Origin: an uncultured Afipia sp.
GTDB taxonomy: Bacteria; Pseudomonadota; Alphaproteobacteria; Rhizobiales; Xanthobacteraceae
Assembly: GCA_964594185.1 (NCBI GenBank)
Contig: CAZQMD010000001.1
Location: 1,585-65,584 of the forward strand
Reading direction: 5' to 3'
Length of the DNA stretch: 64,000 bases
The notes under the pieces are model-generated. The model did no database searches and had not been told where the DNA came from. It saw nothing but the letters and a program-made list of their open reading frames with translations. Position numbers and translations under genes: made by a program. Shown here in pieces: positions 1-10,212 of the stretch. Positions within the stretch are counted from its first letter, which is position 1. The number at the start of each line of letters is the position of its first letter.

Positions 1-486
1 CTGGAGCCTGAACAGGTCCGGCATCTGCTCGGCGACATCTTTGTCCTGTCCTGCGATCTGGCGGCCGGTTACCCGTTCCGGGTGGCGGGAACCCGGATGT
101 GCGCCCTGCTCGGCGCCGACCTGAAGGGCCAACGCTTCACCAGCCTGTTCCGTGACGCCGACCGCGAAGACATCACGGACATTCTTGGGGTCGTGACCGA
201 GGAAAACCAGCCCACCGTGGCCGGCCTTTCCGCGCTGGCTCCGGACGGCGGACGATTCCACCTCGAACTCTTGCTGTTGCCGTTCAGCGCCCGCTCCCAC
301 AGCCCGATCAGCCTGACCGGATTGCTCGCACCGCTCACGCCCATCGGGGCAATGCACACCTATGGCAGCCTGAAAGACTTCAGCCTGACCTCATGGCGTC
401 ATCTCGAACAGGACCGCGGACGTCCGCGCGCGTTGCGGAAATGGTCGCTGATCCGCGGCTTCACCGTCTACGAAGGCCTGCGCTAA
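1..486 (+). CDS. PAS_5 (DUF1457)-type PAS domain protein, 5'-truncated by window edge
   Basis: Frame is open from base 1 (LEPEQVRHLLGDIFVL...YPFRVAGTRMCALLG...LELLLLP), typical of the Rhizobiales PAS_5 gene found upstream of PilZ genes. Confidence 0.75.
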   Translation: MEPEQVRHLLGDIFVLSCDLAAGYPFRVAGTRMCALLGADLKGQRFTSLFRDADREDITDILGVVTEENQPTVAGLSALAPDGGRFHLELLLLPFSARSHSPISLTGLLAPLTPIGAMHTYGSLKDFSLTSWRHLEQDRGRPRALRKWSLIRGFTVYEGLR

Positions 487-506
487 GAGGACGCAATTCG
501 TTAGGG

Positions 507-522
507 CTAACACATCGTTAAC
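507..522 (+). promoter_or_regulatory. CtrA-box-like site upstream of PilZ gene
   Basis: CTAA-CACATCG-TTAAC, one mismatch to TTAA-N7-TTAAC. Confidence 0.45.
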
Positions 523-575
523 CGTGAGCGCCGTAAGGTTCATCATACCGAAAAACCGGTCGGCCGGTGTTGATG

Positions 576-1190
576 ATGGCGTTGGTGCAAAGACAATCGA
601 TCCGTCCGTCCGCTCAGGAGCGGCGACGCTTTCAGCGCGTGAAGGTTCACCTGCTCGGCCGCTACATGCTGTCGGACCGGCGTGAGTTTCCGTGCCAGGT
701 CATCAACATGTCTCCCGGCGGCCTCGCCATGCTGGCGCCCGGCATCGGCAATGTCGGCGACCGCGTCGTCGCCTATCTCGACCATATCGGCCGCGTCGAG
801 GGCAAGATCACCCGCCTGCTCGACAACGGCTTTGCCATGACGGTCGGAGCGACGCCGCGCAAGCGCGACAAGCTCGCAGCCCAGCTCACCTGGCTCGCCA
901 ACCGCCAGATCCTCAACCTGCCGGAAGACCGCCGCCACGACCGCATCGTGCCGCGCAATTCGATGTCCATCATGAAATTCGACGACGGCCGCGCGATGGC
1001 CTGCCGGATCATGGACCTGTCGCTGTCCGGTGCGGCGCTTGCAGCCGAAATCAAGCCGCTGGTCGGCGAGCCGGTTACCCTCGGCCGCGTGCAGGCGCGC
1101 GTTGTCCGTCACCTCGAAGAAGGCTTCGCGATCGAGTTCGTTCACGCGCAGCTTCCCGAGACAGTCGAAGATAACGTAAGCGCGCAGTAA
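576..1190 (+). CDS. Tandem PilZ-domain (c-di-GMP-binding) protein
   Basis: Two RxxxR plus (D/N)xSxxG motif pairs: ERRRFQR/NMSPGG and DRRHDR/DLSLSG. Confidence 0.9.
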   Translation: MALVQRQSIRPSAQERRRFQRVKVHLLGRYMLSDRREFPCQVINMSPGGLAMLAPGIGNVGDRVVAYLDHIGRVEGKITRLLDNGFAMTVGATPRKRDKLAAQLTWLANRQILNLPEDRRHDRIVPRNSMSIMKFDDGRAMACRIMDLSLSGAALAAEIKPLVGEPVTLGRVQARVVRHLEEGFAIEFVHAQLPETVEDNVSAQ

Positions 1191-1521
1191 AGAGCGGCGG
1201 TTACCAGTTTCTGATTTTTCAGGCCAATCAGGGCGATACCCGCATCCGGGTGTCGTCCTGATGCTTTTTGCGGCCTGTTCGACCCCTTTCAGCCCCTATC
1301 AACCGATCTGAAATTCGTCAGCAGGAGCAGAGCCTTGCCCGGAAATAGATAAAATTTGAATCAAATTCGATTATCTCAAATTTTAAGCGTATTTTATTCA
1401 AGTATAGATCGATTTAGCCGCGTCTTTTACTTGTATTCGTCTCAATTGTACTTCGACGACTTAGCGGCGGTGCAAATCCTTTGTGTGAAAAGTGGTCCCA
1501 ACAAGAAAAACGGGGGCCACA

Positions 1522-2142
1522 ATGTTTTCAATTCGTGGACGGGGAGTCGGTCTGGCCATTGCTGCCAGCCTTTTTGGAATGACCGTTGCGGCGCAGGCCG
1601 CGAACGAACGCGTGCTTTACGCCAGCCTGGGTGACACCACACGCGCGCCGATCGGCTGGGTTGAATTCTGCAACGACAATCCGCGCGATTGCCGCAACGG
1701 CGCGACGCAGGCCCGCGACATCGTGATGACGCAGGCGGCGTGGAAAGATCTCCTGCGGGTCAATCGCTGGGTCAACGAGACCATCAAGCCGATGACCGAC
1801 ATGGATCACTGGGGCGTCATCGAGAAGTGGTCGTATCCAAGCGACGGATACGGCGACTGCGAGGATTATGTCCTGCTCAAGCGCAAGATGCTGATCGACG
1901 CCGGATGGCCGCGCGAGGCGCTGCTGATCACGGTGGTGCGCGACAAGAAGGGCGAAGGCCACGCGGTGCTGACCGTGAAGTCCGACAAGGGCGAGTTCAT
2001 CCTCGACAATCAGAACGAGGAAGTAGTTGCCTGGACCGACACCGGCTACCGCTTTGTGAAGCGGCAGTCGCAGAACGATCCGAACACATGGGTGTCGCTG
2101 GGAGACTCGCGTCCCGCCGTCGCCACCGCAAGTTCACGCTGA
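1522..2142 (+). CDS. Transglutaminase-like cysteine peptidase (BTLCP/peptidase C93)
   Basis: Signal peptide; GDCEDY, GHAVL and ILDN catalytic motifs. Confidence 0.9.
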   Translation: MFSIRGRGVGLAIAASLFGMTVAAQAANERVLYASLGDTTRAPIGWVEFCNDNPRDCRNGATQARDIVMTQAAWKDLLRVNRWVNETIKPMTDMDHWGVIEKWSYPSDGYGDCEDYVLLKRKMLIDAGWPREALLITVVRDKKGEGHAVLTVKSDKGEFILDNQNEEVVAWTDTGYRFVKRQSQNDPNTWVSLGDSRPAVATASSR

Positions 2143-2199
2143 GATTTCGAGCATGATCGAAAGGTCATGCTCACCAAGGAATACTTGAAGAGATAGGAA

Positions 2200-2288
2200 C
2201 CCACGACCCGGTCGTATCCCCACCCCTCCCCGTCCCAGACCGGTTCGTGCGCGGCCGAGCTTCCCCCAAGCTCGGCCGCAACTTTTTT
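2200..2288 (+). ncRNA. Candidate structured sRNA/3' UTR element: two hairpins with C-rich loops ending in an intrinsic terminator
   Basis: Stem 2202-2249 with loop containing CCCCACCCCTCCCC; perfect 12-bp stem 2251-2279 with CCCCC loop; T-tract at 2283-2288. Confidence 0.55.
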
Positions 2289-2368
2289 GAAAATCGCTGA
2301 CAATGCCTGGCTTCTGCGACATCATGTGGTGCGGGTGTCTCTCGCACTTTTGATGACGAAATTTAGGG

Positions 2369-2887
2369 GTGAAAATGATTTTCAAGAACCGTTGGTCACA
2401 AACACTTGTAACAGCCTTGTTCACAGGCATCGCACTGAGCTTCGGGCTCGCGCTGGCGGAAGCAGCAACCATCGTGGCCCTCGGCGCAAGCAACACCTAC
2501 GGCAAGGGTGTCGCCCGCAACGAGGCCTATCCGGCCCAGCTTCAGGCTATTCTGAAGGCCAGCGGCAAATCCGTTCGCGTCATCAACGCAGGCATCAATG
2601 GCGATACGACAGAAGGAATGCTGAACCGGCTCGATCGCGCCGTGCCAAACGGCACCAGCCTTGTCATCCTGCAACCGGGAGGCAATGACCGGCGCAAAGG
2701 CAGCGCGGATCGCACCTCGGACATTCAAAGCCGGCTGAGCGCGCGCGGGATTCCGGTTGTGATGCTCAGCAACAGCATGCTCTCCGGGCTACCGAAGCAG
2801 CCGGACGGAATTCATCTGACGCCAGAAGGCTATCAAATGCTGGCACGATCGATTGCGCCAAACGTTCAGAGTTCGATGGGACGCTGA
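2369..2887 (+). CDS. SGNH/GDSL hydrolase (arylesterase-like), exported
   Basis: GASNT, NAGINGDT, GGND and DGIH blocks; signal peptide. Confidence 0.85.
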   Translation: MKMIFKNRWSQTLVTALFTGIALSFGLALAEAATIVALGASNTYGKGVARNEAYPAQLQAILKASGKSVRVINAGINGDTTEGMLNRLDRAVPNGTSLVILQPGGNDRRKGSADRTSDIQSRLSARGIPVVMLSNSMLSGLPKQPDGIHLTPEGYQMLARSIAPNVQSSMGR

Positions 2888-2986
2888 TCGCGCGCGATCT
2901 CGTCAATTGATGTGCGGCCAGCCCTCGAGAGCTGACCGCAATTTTCACAGACATGCTCCGGCAACAGCGCTGCCAGCAAGCTGCCG

Positions 2987-3784
2987 TCAAGCCGATCCAA
3001 GAATGATCGACGTGACCTGCGCAGGATCGATCACCATCACGTCGTGACCGATGTCGAGTTCAAGTGTCTTCCACTTGCCCGACTCTTTCACCTTCGCGAG
3101 GTTCGCATCGAACGTGGCGCTCTTGTAGCCTTTGGCGCGGACGTAGAGCTTCTTCGCGATCTTGTCCCGCGCGCCCTTGAACACCGCAGCTTCGGTATAT
3201 GTGCCGACTGGCTGCGCCGTGGTTTTGCCATCGACCCAGGGACGATCCTTTTCCGCAACACCGAAGGCCGCGGCCGGCGGCGGCTTGATGCCGCTTTCGC
3301 CCTTCTCGATCGCCGCATTGATGGCGGTGACGAAAGCCGGAGACGATTTCTGCAAAAGCGTTTCGCCGTCTTCGGGCAGGAACGCATCGAGGAAAACGAT
3401 CGACGAAATCCGGTCAGCAAGCTGCTCGGCCACGCCGCTGATGATAATGCCGCCGTAGGAATGACCGACCAGCACGACGTCTGAAAGATCTTCGTACCGG
3501 ATCACATTGGCAATGTCGGTGATGTGAGTCGTGAGATTGATGCTTTTGTTGAGAAGATGGGACCGCTCGCCCAATCCGGTCATTGTCGGAGTGAAGACCC
3601 GATGCCCCTGCTTCACAAGCACATCCGACACCTGACGCCAGCACCAGCCGCCATGCCATGCGCCATGAACAAGCACGAATGTTTTCGGCGTCGTCGTTTG
3701 CGCTGCGCTCTTCGACACGCCGTTTACGGCTGCCAAAGCCCCAACGCCGGTCGCGACGAGATGCCGCCGCGTGATTCCAACCAT
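2987..3784 (-). CDS. Alpha/beta hydrolase (esterase) with Tat signal
   Basis: TRRHLV twin-arginine motif; HGAWHGGW and GHSYGG motifs. Confidence 0.85.
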   Translation of the reverse strand: MVGITRRHLVATGVGALAAVNGVSKSAAQTTTPKTFVLVHGAWHGGWCWRQVSDVLVKQGHRVFTPTMTGLGERSHLLNKSINLTTHITDIANVIRYEDLSDVVLVGHSYGGIIISGVAEQLADRISSIVFLDAFLPEDGETLLQKSSPAFVTAINAAIEKGESGIKPPPAAAFGVAEKDRPWVDGKTTAQPVGTYTEAAVFKGARDKIAKKLYVRAKGYKSATFDANLAKVKESGKWKTLELDIGHDVMVIDPAQVTSIILGSA

Positions 3785-3964
3785 GACCTTCTCTCCGGAT
3801 ATCTTTGATGTTGGCTCAAACGAATTGAGCAAAGTTCTTCAACACCATTATCAAACGGCAGGAAAGCACGATTTCGACTGATACATTTGCACATTGTACC
3901 ACTCGATCCGCTGCAAGGATGCGCGCAACCGGATCGCGTGAGAGACGTCATCGAACCTTTTGCA

Positions 3965-4360
3965 TCACGATGACGTTTGAGTCAGCGGCAGCAGTTCGCG
4001 CAACCGCGCGTCGCGCAGATAAAGCCCGCCCCATGTCATGACGCCGAGCAGCAGACAGATGAGCTGCGGCGGCGATCCCAGTTCGCCGAGCCGGAAGTGG
4101 GTGCAGATCGCACCGCCGAGAAAGGCTGTGGTGAGGATCGCACCGAGAAATGCGGTTCGCGGAATTGCATAAAGAACGCCGCAGACGAGCATGACGATGC
4201 CGAGCGGCACGGCGAGGCCCATCGGAAATCCGGTCGCTTCCATCGGCTCTTTCAGCAGGTGCGGCGCGAACAATTGAACCCCAGCGTCAGCGAGCAACGC
4301 CAGCACCACGAGGGCACTCATGACATCGCCAATCCAGTTGGCTGCGGTCTTCTGCGCCAT
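3965..4360 (-). CDS. DoxX family membrane protein
   Basis: LYAIPRTAFLGAILTTAFLGGAICTHFR motif; four hydrophobic segments. Confidence 0.8.
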   Translation of the reverse strand: MAQKTAANWIGDVMSALVVLALLADAGVQLFAPHLLKEPMEATGFPMGLAVPLGIVMLVCGVLYAIPRTAFLGAILTTAFLGGAICTHFRLGELGSPPQLICLLLGVMTWGGLYLRDARLRELLPLTQTSS

Positions 4361-4589
4361 AATATCTCCTTTGGTCACAATGATTTTTGAAACGTCCGCG
4401 CGATGACAGACGAAAAACGTCCGCCTGCAAATATCCAGCTACGGGCTGCGCAGGTCATGGCCAGCGCACGCCGCCGCGTCAATGTGAAATTGCCTTCAAT
4501 TCTGCAACTAAAAAACTTGCGGCGGGGCTTGAACCGGAAGGCTCCCGCCGCAAGCGCCACGATTTCGGATCGAAGACGCGCGGATGCGC

Positions 4590-5120
4590 TCACCCGATCT
4601 TTTTCAGGCCCGCCTTGAAGCGCTTGCCGTTGTGAACGTAATGCGCGGCGCCATAGGTCATGGCCTTGACCTGCTCTTCGGTCAGCGTCTTGATCGCACG
4701 GGCGGGCGCACCGATCACCAGCGCGCGATCCTCGAATGTCTTGCCTTCGGTAATCACGGACCCCGCGCCGACGATGCAGCCCTTGCCGATGCGCGCGCCG
4801 TTCATGATGATCGCGCCCATGCCGATCAGCGCGCCATCCTCGATGGTGCAGCCATGCAGGATGACGTTGTGGCCGATGGTGCAGTTCGTGCCGATGGTCA
4901 GCGGAAATCCGGGATCGGTGTGAAAGGTGCAGTTGTCCTGCACATTGGAGCCTTCGCCGATATCGATCAGCTCATTGTCGCCGCGCAGCACCGAGCCGAA
5001 CCAGACGCTGGCATTGGCCTTCAGGCGCACATTGCCGATCACCGTCGCGGTCTCGGCGATGAAGTACTGCCCGTCGGCAGGCAATTGAGGGGATTTTCCG
5101 TCGAGTTCGTAGATCGCCAT
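4590..5120 (-). CDS. Gamma carbonic anhydrase family (YrdA-like) protein
   Basis: Hexapeptide repeats; LRGD, SNVQDN and IGHNVILHGC motifs. Confidence 0.9.
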   Translation of the reverse strand: MAIYELDGKSPQLPADGQYFIAETATVIGNVRLKANASVWFGSVLRGDNELIDIGEGSNVQDNCTFHTDPGFPLTIGTNCTIGHNVILHGCTIEDGALIGMGAIIMNGARIGKGCIVGAGSVITEGKTFEDRALVIGAPARAIKTLTEEQVKAMTYGAAHYVHNGKRFKAGLKKIG

Positions 5121-5179
5121 TCATCGTCTCCTTTCGGAAGACCATGCCACGAAAAAAGCGGGTCTGGCGAGAGTTTGGA

Positions 5180-5509
5180 TTAAGCGAGGACGCCCGCGCG
5201 CTCCAGCAGCATCAGAACGAACGTCCCTGACATCATGCTCCAGAACCCGGCAATGACGGTGGCGATCGCAACGAACTGAACCCGGCGGCCTTCGATCATG
5301 CGGCCGCGCACGGTGTTGCGCATGATGATGAAGGGCGCGGCGAAAACCAGAAACGGCACGGCGGCGAATGCCTTCGGCGCGGCCTTCTGCATCAGCAATC
5401 CGAAACCGGGAGGCTTTTCCATGAAAGCCTGAAAGCCGCTGTTGAGCGCGCCCGCGAAGGCAAATCCAATGAAAAGGGCAAAGAAGGAATTCAACGCTTC
5501 GGGCGACAT
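5180..5509 (-). CDS. Conserved small membrane protein (DUF6949-like)
   Basis: Three hydrophobic segments; FAAPFIIMRNT motif. Confidence 0.6.
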   Translation of the reverse strand: MSPEALNSFFALFIGFAFAGALNSGFQAFMEKPPGFGLLMQKAAPKAFAAVPFLVFAAPFIIMRNTVRGRMIEGRRVQFVAIATVIAGFWSMMSGTFVLMLLERAGVLA

Positions 5510-5604
5510 CTGACACATCCAACGCACGCGACCACCTGGAGCCGCCGCGCACGGCAACCCGGCGTCAGACTTCGCAAAATGCCGCCGCGCCCGCCAGTTT
5601 ATCC

Positions 5605-5620
5605 TTAAAGGAAGGTTAAC
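5605..5620. promoter_or_regulatory. CtrA binding box
   Basis: Exact TTAA-AGGAAGG-TTAAC in a divergent intergenic region. Confidence 0.65.
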
Positions 5621-5767
5621 ACGCCCGCGCCGCTCGGCCCTGTGCGCATGGCTCCGGCGGGACGTCCATCACGGGGAACCGCCGGAAACGCGTCCGCGCA
5701 TGGCATAATCCGCAGCGATTCGGCCCGCATCTGGCGGCTGTCACCACGAAATGTCTGTTTCCCGCTC

Positions 5768-6481
5768 ATGGCTCTGTTTTCGTCCACATCGCCCCGCCCC
5801 GCTCCCGCGCGGTCTGCCCAGCGCAGCCACCTCGTGCCGCTCCTGGCCATGGGCGCAATCGGCGCATGCGCGGTCGCGGCAGTGGCGTATCTGTTGTGGC
5901 CCACCTGGAATGTCGAAAAAGCCGGCGATCCGGACCGGCTGCCGATCAGCATCGGCGGCACGCTGTTCAATGTGCCGACCAACGCGATCCGGGTAAAACT
6001 GCAAAAGCGCACCGGTCCGCAGGAGCGCGTCGATATCAACTTCGTCTATCCCTCGCTGGAAGCCCCCGAAGCGCGGCGTCCGGTCAGCGCCGAAACGGTG
6101 GAGGACAATCTGCCGGAGATTGACCGGATCTTCCTGTCGATCGCGGCGCATCACGATGCGGTGTCGCCGGACGAGCGGACACGGACAATCTATCCGCGCT
6201 ATCTCGACCAGAATGCGGGACGCATCGAAGACGGATTGAGCATCCGCCCGTTCCGCGACAATACGCCTTATGCAAATGAGGATCTGGTCTATGCCTCATC
6301 GCCGCTGATCATCGCGCGCTGCACGCGCGATGCGAAAACGCCGGGGATGTGTCTCAGCGAACGGCGGATCGAGGGAGCGGATCTGACCTTCCGCTTTCCG
6401 CGCGACTGGTTGTCGAAGTGGCGGGATGTCTCGGCTGCGATGGATCAGATCATCGGCCGGATGCGCAGGCCGCACGGGTAA
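5768..6481 (+). CDS. Conserved membrane-anchored hypothetical protein
   Basis: N-terminal TM segment followed by a soluble domain; host-like codon use; start uncertain. Confidence 0.65.
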   Translation: MALFSSTSPRPAPARSAQRSHLVPLLAMGAIGACAVAAVAYLLWPTWNVEKAGDPDRLPISIGGTLFNVPTNAIRVKLQKRTGPQERVDINFVYPSLEAPEARRPVSAETVEDNLPEIDRIFLSIAAHHDAVSPDERTRTIYPRYLDQNAGRIEDGLSIRPFRDNTPYANEDLVYASSPLIIARCTRDAKTPGMCLSERRIEGADLTFRFPRDWLSKWRDVSAAMDQIIGRMRRPHG

Positions 6482-6485
6482 ACCT

Positions 6486-6559
6486 GTCATTGCGAGGGGC
6501 GAAGCGACGAAGCAACCCACTCTTCTAAAGGTGGATTGCTTCGCTTCGCTCGCAATGAC
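6486..6559. repeat. REP-like palindrome, family A (GTCATTGCGAG...CTCGCAATGAC)
   Basis: Inverted repeat between convergent genes; further copies at 47766 and 48497. Confidence 0.85.
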
Positions 6560-6565
6560 GTATAC

Positions 6566-6784
6566 TTAAACCTCTTCCTCGATGTCGGTCTCGAGGATCG
6601 CCATCTGGAACTGGAAGGAACGGTCATCGTCCTCGTCATCGACGAACAGCACGCCGATGAATTCCTCGCCGATATAGACCTCGGCCGAGTCATCCTTCTT
6701 CGGACGCGGCACGACGCGGATTTTTGGATTACCGAACAGGCGCTTGAGATAAGCGTCGAGCTTTCTGACTTCCGTAACGTCCAC
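6566..6784 (-). CDS. DUF3126 family protein
   Basis: 72 aa; KKDDSAEVYIGEEFIGVLFVD motif; downstream of cysE. Confidence 0.85.
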   Translation of the reverse strand: MDVTEVRKLDAYLKRLFGNPKIRVVPRPKKDDSAEVYIGEEFIGVLFVDDEDDDRSFQFQMAILETDIEEEV

Positions 6785-6978
6785 GGGCGTTTCTCCAACT
6801 GAACAATGATTGTTGGCGACAGCTTTAAAACGATATGGCGCAGACCGCTAGTGTGGTGGTTCGCAAGTCCGCACATTTTCTCAGCGCGGCCATTTGCGGC
6901 CTTGCGGACCCAAACCACAGGCGAACTTCGGATTCAGGACACCAGGTCCCTGCGCCGCGATAAATCGTAATCCGTTTT

Positions 6979-7803
6979 TCAGGTGCCGAGAGCGTTGAGC
7001 ATCTGGTTCATGGTGCGCGATGGCTCGGAGCAGCCGGCCTCGCCGACGATTTTCGCCGGTACACCCGCCACCGTCACATTGTGCGGCACATCCTTGAGCA
7101 CAACCGAGCCGGACGCGACGCGGGCGCAGTGGCCCACTTCGATGTTGCCGAGGATCTTCGCGCCTGCGCCGAGCATGACGCCATGACGGATCTTCGGATG
7201 ACGATCCTCGTTTTCCTTGCCGGTGCCGCCGAGCGTCACGCCGTGCAGGATCGAAACGTCGTCCTCGATCACAGCCGTCTCGCCGACAACGAAGCCCGTC
7301 GCATGATCGAGGAAGATGCCGCGGCCGATGCGCGCGGCTGGATTGATGTCGGTCTGGAATTCCGCCGACGAACGGCTCTGGATGTAGAAGGCGAAATCCT
7401 TGCGCCCGTTCTTGTAAAGCCAGTGCGCGAGCCGGTGCGCCTGAATGGCATGAAAGCCCTTGAAGTAGAGCAGCGCGTCGATAAAGCGCGACACCGCAGG
7501 ATCGCGATCGTAGACCGCGACGAGATCGGCGCGAAACGCGTTGCCAAGATCGGGATCGGCTTCAAGCGCGTCGTTGTAAGCCTGACGGATCAGATCGCCG
7601 GACAATGCCGAATGATCGAGACGCTCGGCAATGCGATGCACCACCGCGTCTTCGAGACGGTCGTGATGCAGCACGGTGGAATAGATGAAGGTCGCAAGTT
7701 CAGGCTCGCGCTGCACGATGGCCTCAGCCTCGTCGCGAATACGGGTCCAGACAGGATCGACGGTCGAAAGAGCCGCCTTCGTATCGAGATGATGCTTCAC
7801 CAT
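6979..7803 (-). CDS. cysE: Serine O-acetyltransferase
   Basis: DRDPA, YFKGFHA, FLDHATG and GGTGKE..DRHPKI motifs. Confidence 0.95.
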   Translation of the reverse strand: MVKHHLDTKAALSTVDPVWTRIRDEAEAIVQREPELATFIYSTVLHHDRLEDAVVHRIAERLDHSALSGDLIRQAYNDALEADPDLGNAFRADLVAVYDRDPAVSRFIDALLYFKGFHAIQAHRLAHWLYKNGRKDFAFYIQSRSSAEFQTDINPAARIGRGIFLDHATGFVVGETAVIEDDVSILHGVTLGGTGKENEDRHPKIRHGVMLGAGAKILGNIEVGHCARVASGSVVLKDVPHNVTVAGVPAKIVGEAGCSEPSRTMNQMLNALGT

Positions 7804-7938
7804 GGGAACAGTCCGGCTGATAGCGTTGAGGATATCTTACCACATAATGGGTTGTTGGAAGGCCACAACGTCCGGCAAGGTTGACGCCGGAATAATGTTC
7901 TCCTTCCGCCGTAGAATATTTATCTACGGCGCACGGAA

Positions 7939-8703
7939 TCAACCGTGCTGCCCAAGGAACTCCAGAACGCCTTCCTTGTAAACCTTGTCGCCGACCGCGC
8001 GCATGTGATCGCGGTTTGGAATATCAAGCACTTGCGACCCCGAAATGACGTCGGAAAGGCGTTGCGCCGAGCCAGCAATGTCATCGGTGGTCCCCACCGC
8101 GACCAGCGTCGGGACGGCAATTGCGGCAGCTTCCTCGCGTGTCATCAGCCGCCGCGAACCGCGCAGGCACGCCGCAAGTGCCCTGCGATCCGAGCGGGTC
8201 TGATCTGCAAACGCCCGGAACGTGCGGCCGACAGGATCGGTCACGTCATCAAGCGATGCCGCTTCCAGTGCGCTCGCGACATTCTCGCCCGGCCCGCCGC
8301 CTTCGATCAGGCCCATGCCAATACCGCCAAGAATGATGTTGCGCAGGCGCTCCGGACTGCGCTGGCCGAGATAGGCGGTGATGCGTCCGCCCATCGAGTA
8401 ACCCATCATGTCCGCGCGTTCGATCTTCAGATGATCCATCAGCGAGCGCACATCACCGGCCATGGTGCCGATGTGATAGTCCTCGGAATCGTACAGCTTG
8501 GTGGACTCTCCATGTCCGCGAAGATCGAGCGCGATGACGCGTCGGCCGGCTTTTGTCAGCGTCGATGTCCAGCCCGGATACGCCCAGTTCACATTCTTGC
8601 TCGATGCAAATCCATGCACCAGAACGATCGGATCGCCCGCGCCTTCATCGAGATATGAAAGCTCAACGGAGCCGTTGTGAAAACTCGGCATCTTGTCGTC
8701 CAA
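7939..8703 (-). CDS. Alpha/beta hydrolase
   Basis: HGFAS, DLRGHG and GYSMGG motifs. Confidence 0.85.
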   Translation of the reverse strand: MDDKMPSFHNGSVELSYLDEGAGDPIVLVHGFASSKNVNWAYPGWTSTLTKAGRRVIALDLRGHGESTKLYDSEDYHIGTMAGDVRSLMDHLKIERADMMGYSMGGRITAYLGQRSPERLRNIILGGIGMGLIEGGGPGENVASALEAASLDDVTDPVGRTFRAFADQTRSDRRALAACLRGSRRLMTREEAAAIAVPTLVAVGTTDDIAGSAQRLSDVISGSQVLDIPNRDHMRAVGDKVYKEGVLEFLGQHG

Positions 8704-8786
8704 TGTTCGTGGGAAGTGATGCGGCCGAAGCGGCCACGATGCGATATCTGGAGTTTATCCGGATGCGGCGCACATGACCAGCGCAG

Positions 8787-9983
8787 TCAGGCCGCTTGAG
8801 TGGACGCCTGCGCAACAGCAAGTTCACGCCGTGCGCGTTTCAGTTTCGAACGTTGAATCCACGCCAGCGTCAGCCGTTCGGTCGTTGCCTTGATCGAGGT
8901 GATAAAACCGAACAGCGCCAGCAATGCGGCGAACACCCACCACGCCAGATTGAATACGCCGGCGGTCAGCAGCAGTGCACCGCGCCCGAGAATCTTGACA
9001 ATAGCGCGGGTCTGGCTGCCCTTGGACTCTGCAAGCCGCGCGGCACGCGCAACGTCCTTGGGTCCGTCGGCAATGCGCAGCACATCGAGCGCGCCTTTGG
9101 TGCCGGCCTTTTCACCGACGCGGCCGACATCCTTTGCAAGACGCACCAGCGCGCCCGCTTTCTCTGCCTTGAAGGCGGCCTTCATCGCACTGATGGTCTG
9201 ACCGGGACGTGCGATCGAGGCGGTCGCGACAGCCTGCTGCAGCATCGGCGCATCGACCATGCCGCGCGCCGAGCGTCCGGCCCATTCGGTGAGGCCCGCA
9301 CCGAGCCGTCCGACCTTGCGTGCATCCTTCACCATCGACAGCCCCGCCCGAACCGGCGTTGCACCGCCGGCGGAGGCATACGTTGCAGCCGTCACCACAA
9401 GACCGGCGCTGGCAAGCCCAAGCACCAGTTGGTCCGCGTCTTCGCCCATCGCCAGCCGTTTGCCTTCGCGCAACACGTCGCGAATGTCGCCGAACACGAA
9501 CAGGTCGCCTGCAACGGTGCCGGAGAGACTGGCGACGTCGTCCGCTTCGCCGGTCACAAGACCGGTCGCAAAACGCTTCGCCATGCTGGCTGTGGAATTC
9601 TCGTCAGCGACGGCGGCATGGACGCGCGCGGCTATCCCATCGGGCAGCGCCACACCCTTGTCCCGCGCCAGATCGGCAAAACTGTTCGCCAGATCGGCAT
9701 CCCTGGCGTCGAGCGCCTGTTCGATGCCAAGGCCAATCGTCGCAGCGTTCGTTCGCAAGGCGGAATTGATCTGGCTGTCAGACAAGGCCACCGGATCGTC
9801 CTGCGCCAGCAGAAGCGACCCAGCCTCGCGGGCATGCGGCAACAGCAAGGCAAATACCGCCGCCGATGCGACGGCCCCCGCAAGCGTCAAACCGATGCGC
9901 CGAGCCTGTTTCATACCAGGGACAACCCTTTCGCCAGCCACGAGGTCCCGATTTCGTGACCTGACATGACTTGGCGATGACAT
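8787..9983 (-). CDS. Conserved Ala-rich membrane protein of unknown function
   Basis: Long ORF with N- and C-terminal TM segments; GDLFVFGDIRD motif; start uncertain. Confidence 0.65.
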   Translation of the reverse strand: MSSPSHVRSRNRDLVAGERVVPGMKQARRIGLTLAGAVASAAVFALLLPHAREAGSLLLAQDDPVALSDSQINSALRTNAATIGLGIEQALDARDADLANSFADLARDKGVALPDGIAARVHAAVADENSTASMAKRFATGLVTGEADDVASLSGTVAGDLFVFGDIRDVLREGKRLAMGEDADQLVLGLASAGLVVTAATYASAGGATPVRAGLSMVKDARKVGRLGAGLTEWAGRSARGMVDAPMLQQAVATASIARPGQTISAMKAAFKAEKAGALVRLAKDVGRVGEKAGTKGALDVLRIADGPKDVARAARLAESKGSQTRAIVKILGRGALLLTAGVFNLAWWVFAALLALFGFITSIKATTERLTLAWIQRSKLKRARRELAVAQASTQAA

Positions 9984-10212
9984 GGTGTGCCGTTTTTCGG
10001 ACACAACCTCTCCGCCGAAAGAAGGGCTTTCCCAAGACGGCAGGATTGTGTCGAATTCACACGCTGACTTCTGGGGCGAATGGACGAATCCGGCGCCGCA
10101 ATCTAGGAATAAATGGTATCTCCCGGTATGCTGCAAAGCAGCGGCTGCGTCGCCGCTATAGGCTGGGTTGTGGGCAAAAGACGCGGAAGACCAGGATTGG
10201 GGTTGTATTGCT

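Noticed and set aside
1340..1460. AT-rich patch upstream of the BTLCP gene as foreign DNA or a small ORF
   Set aside because: Short, intergenic and without mobility signs; more likely a regulatory region
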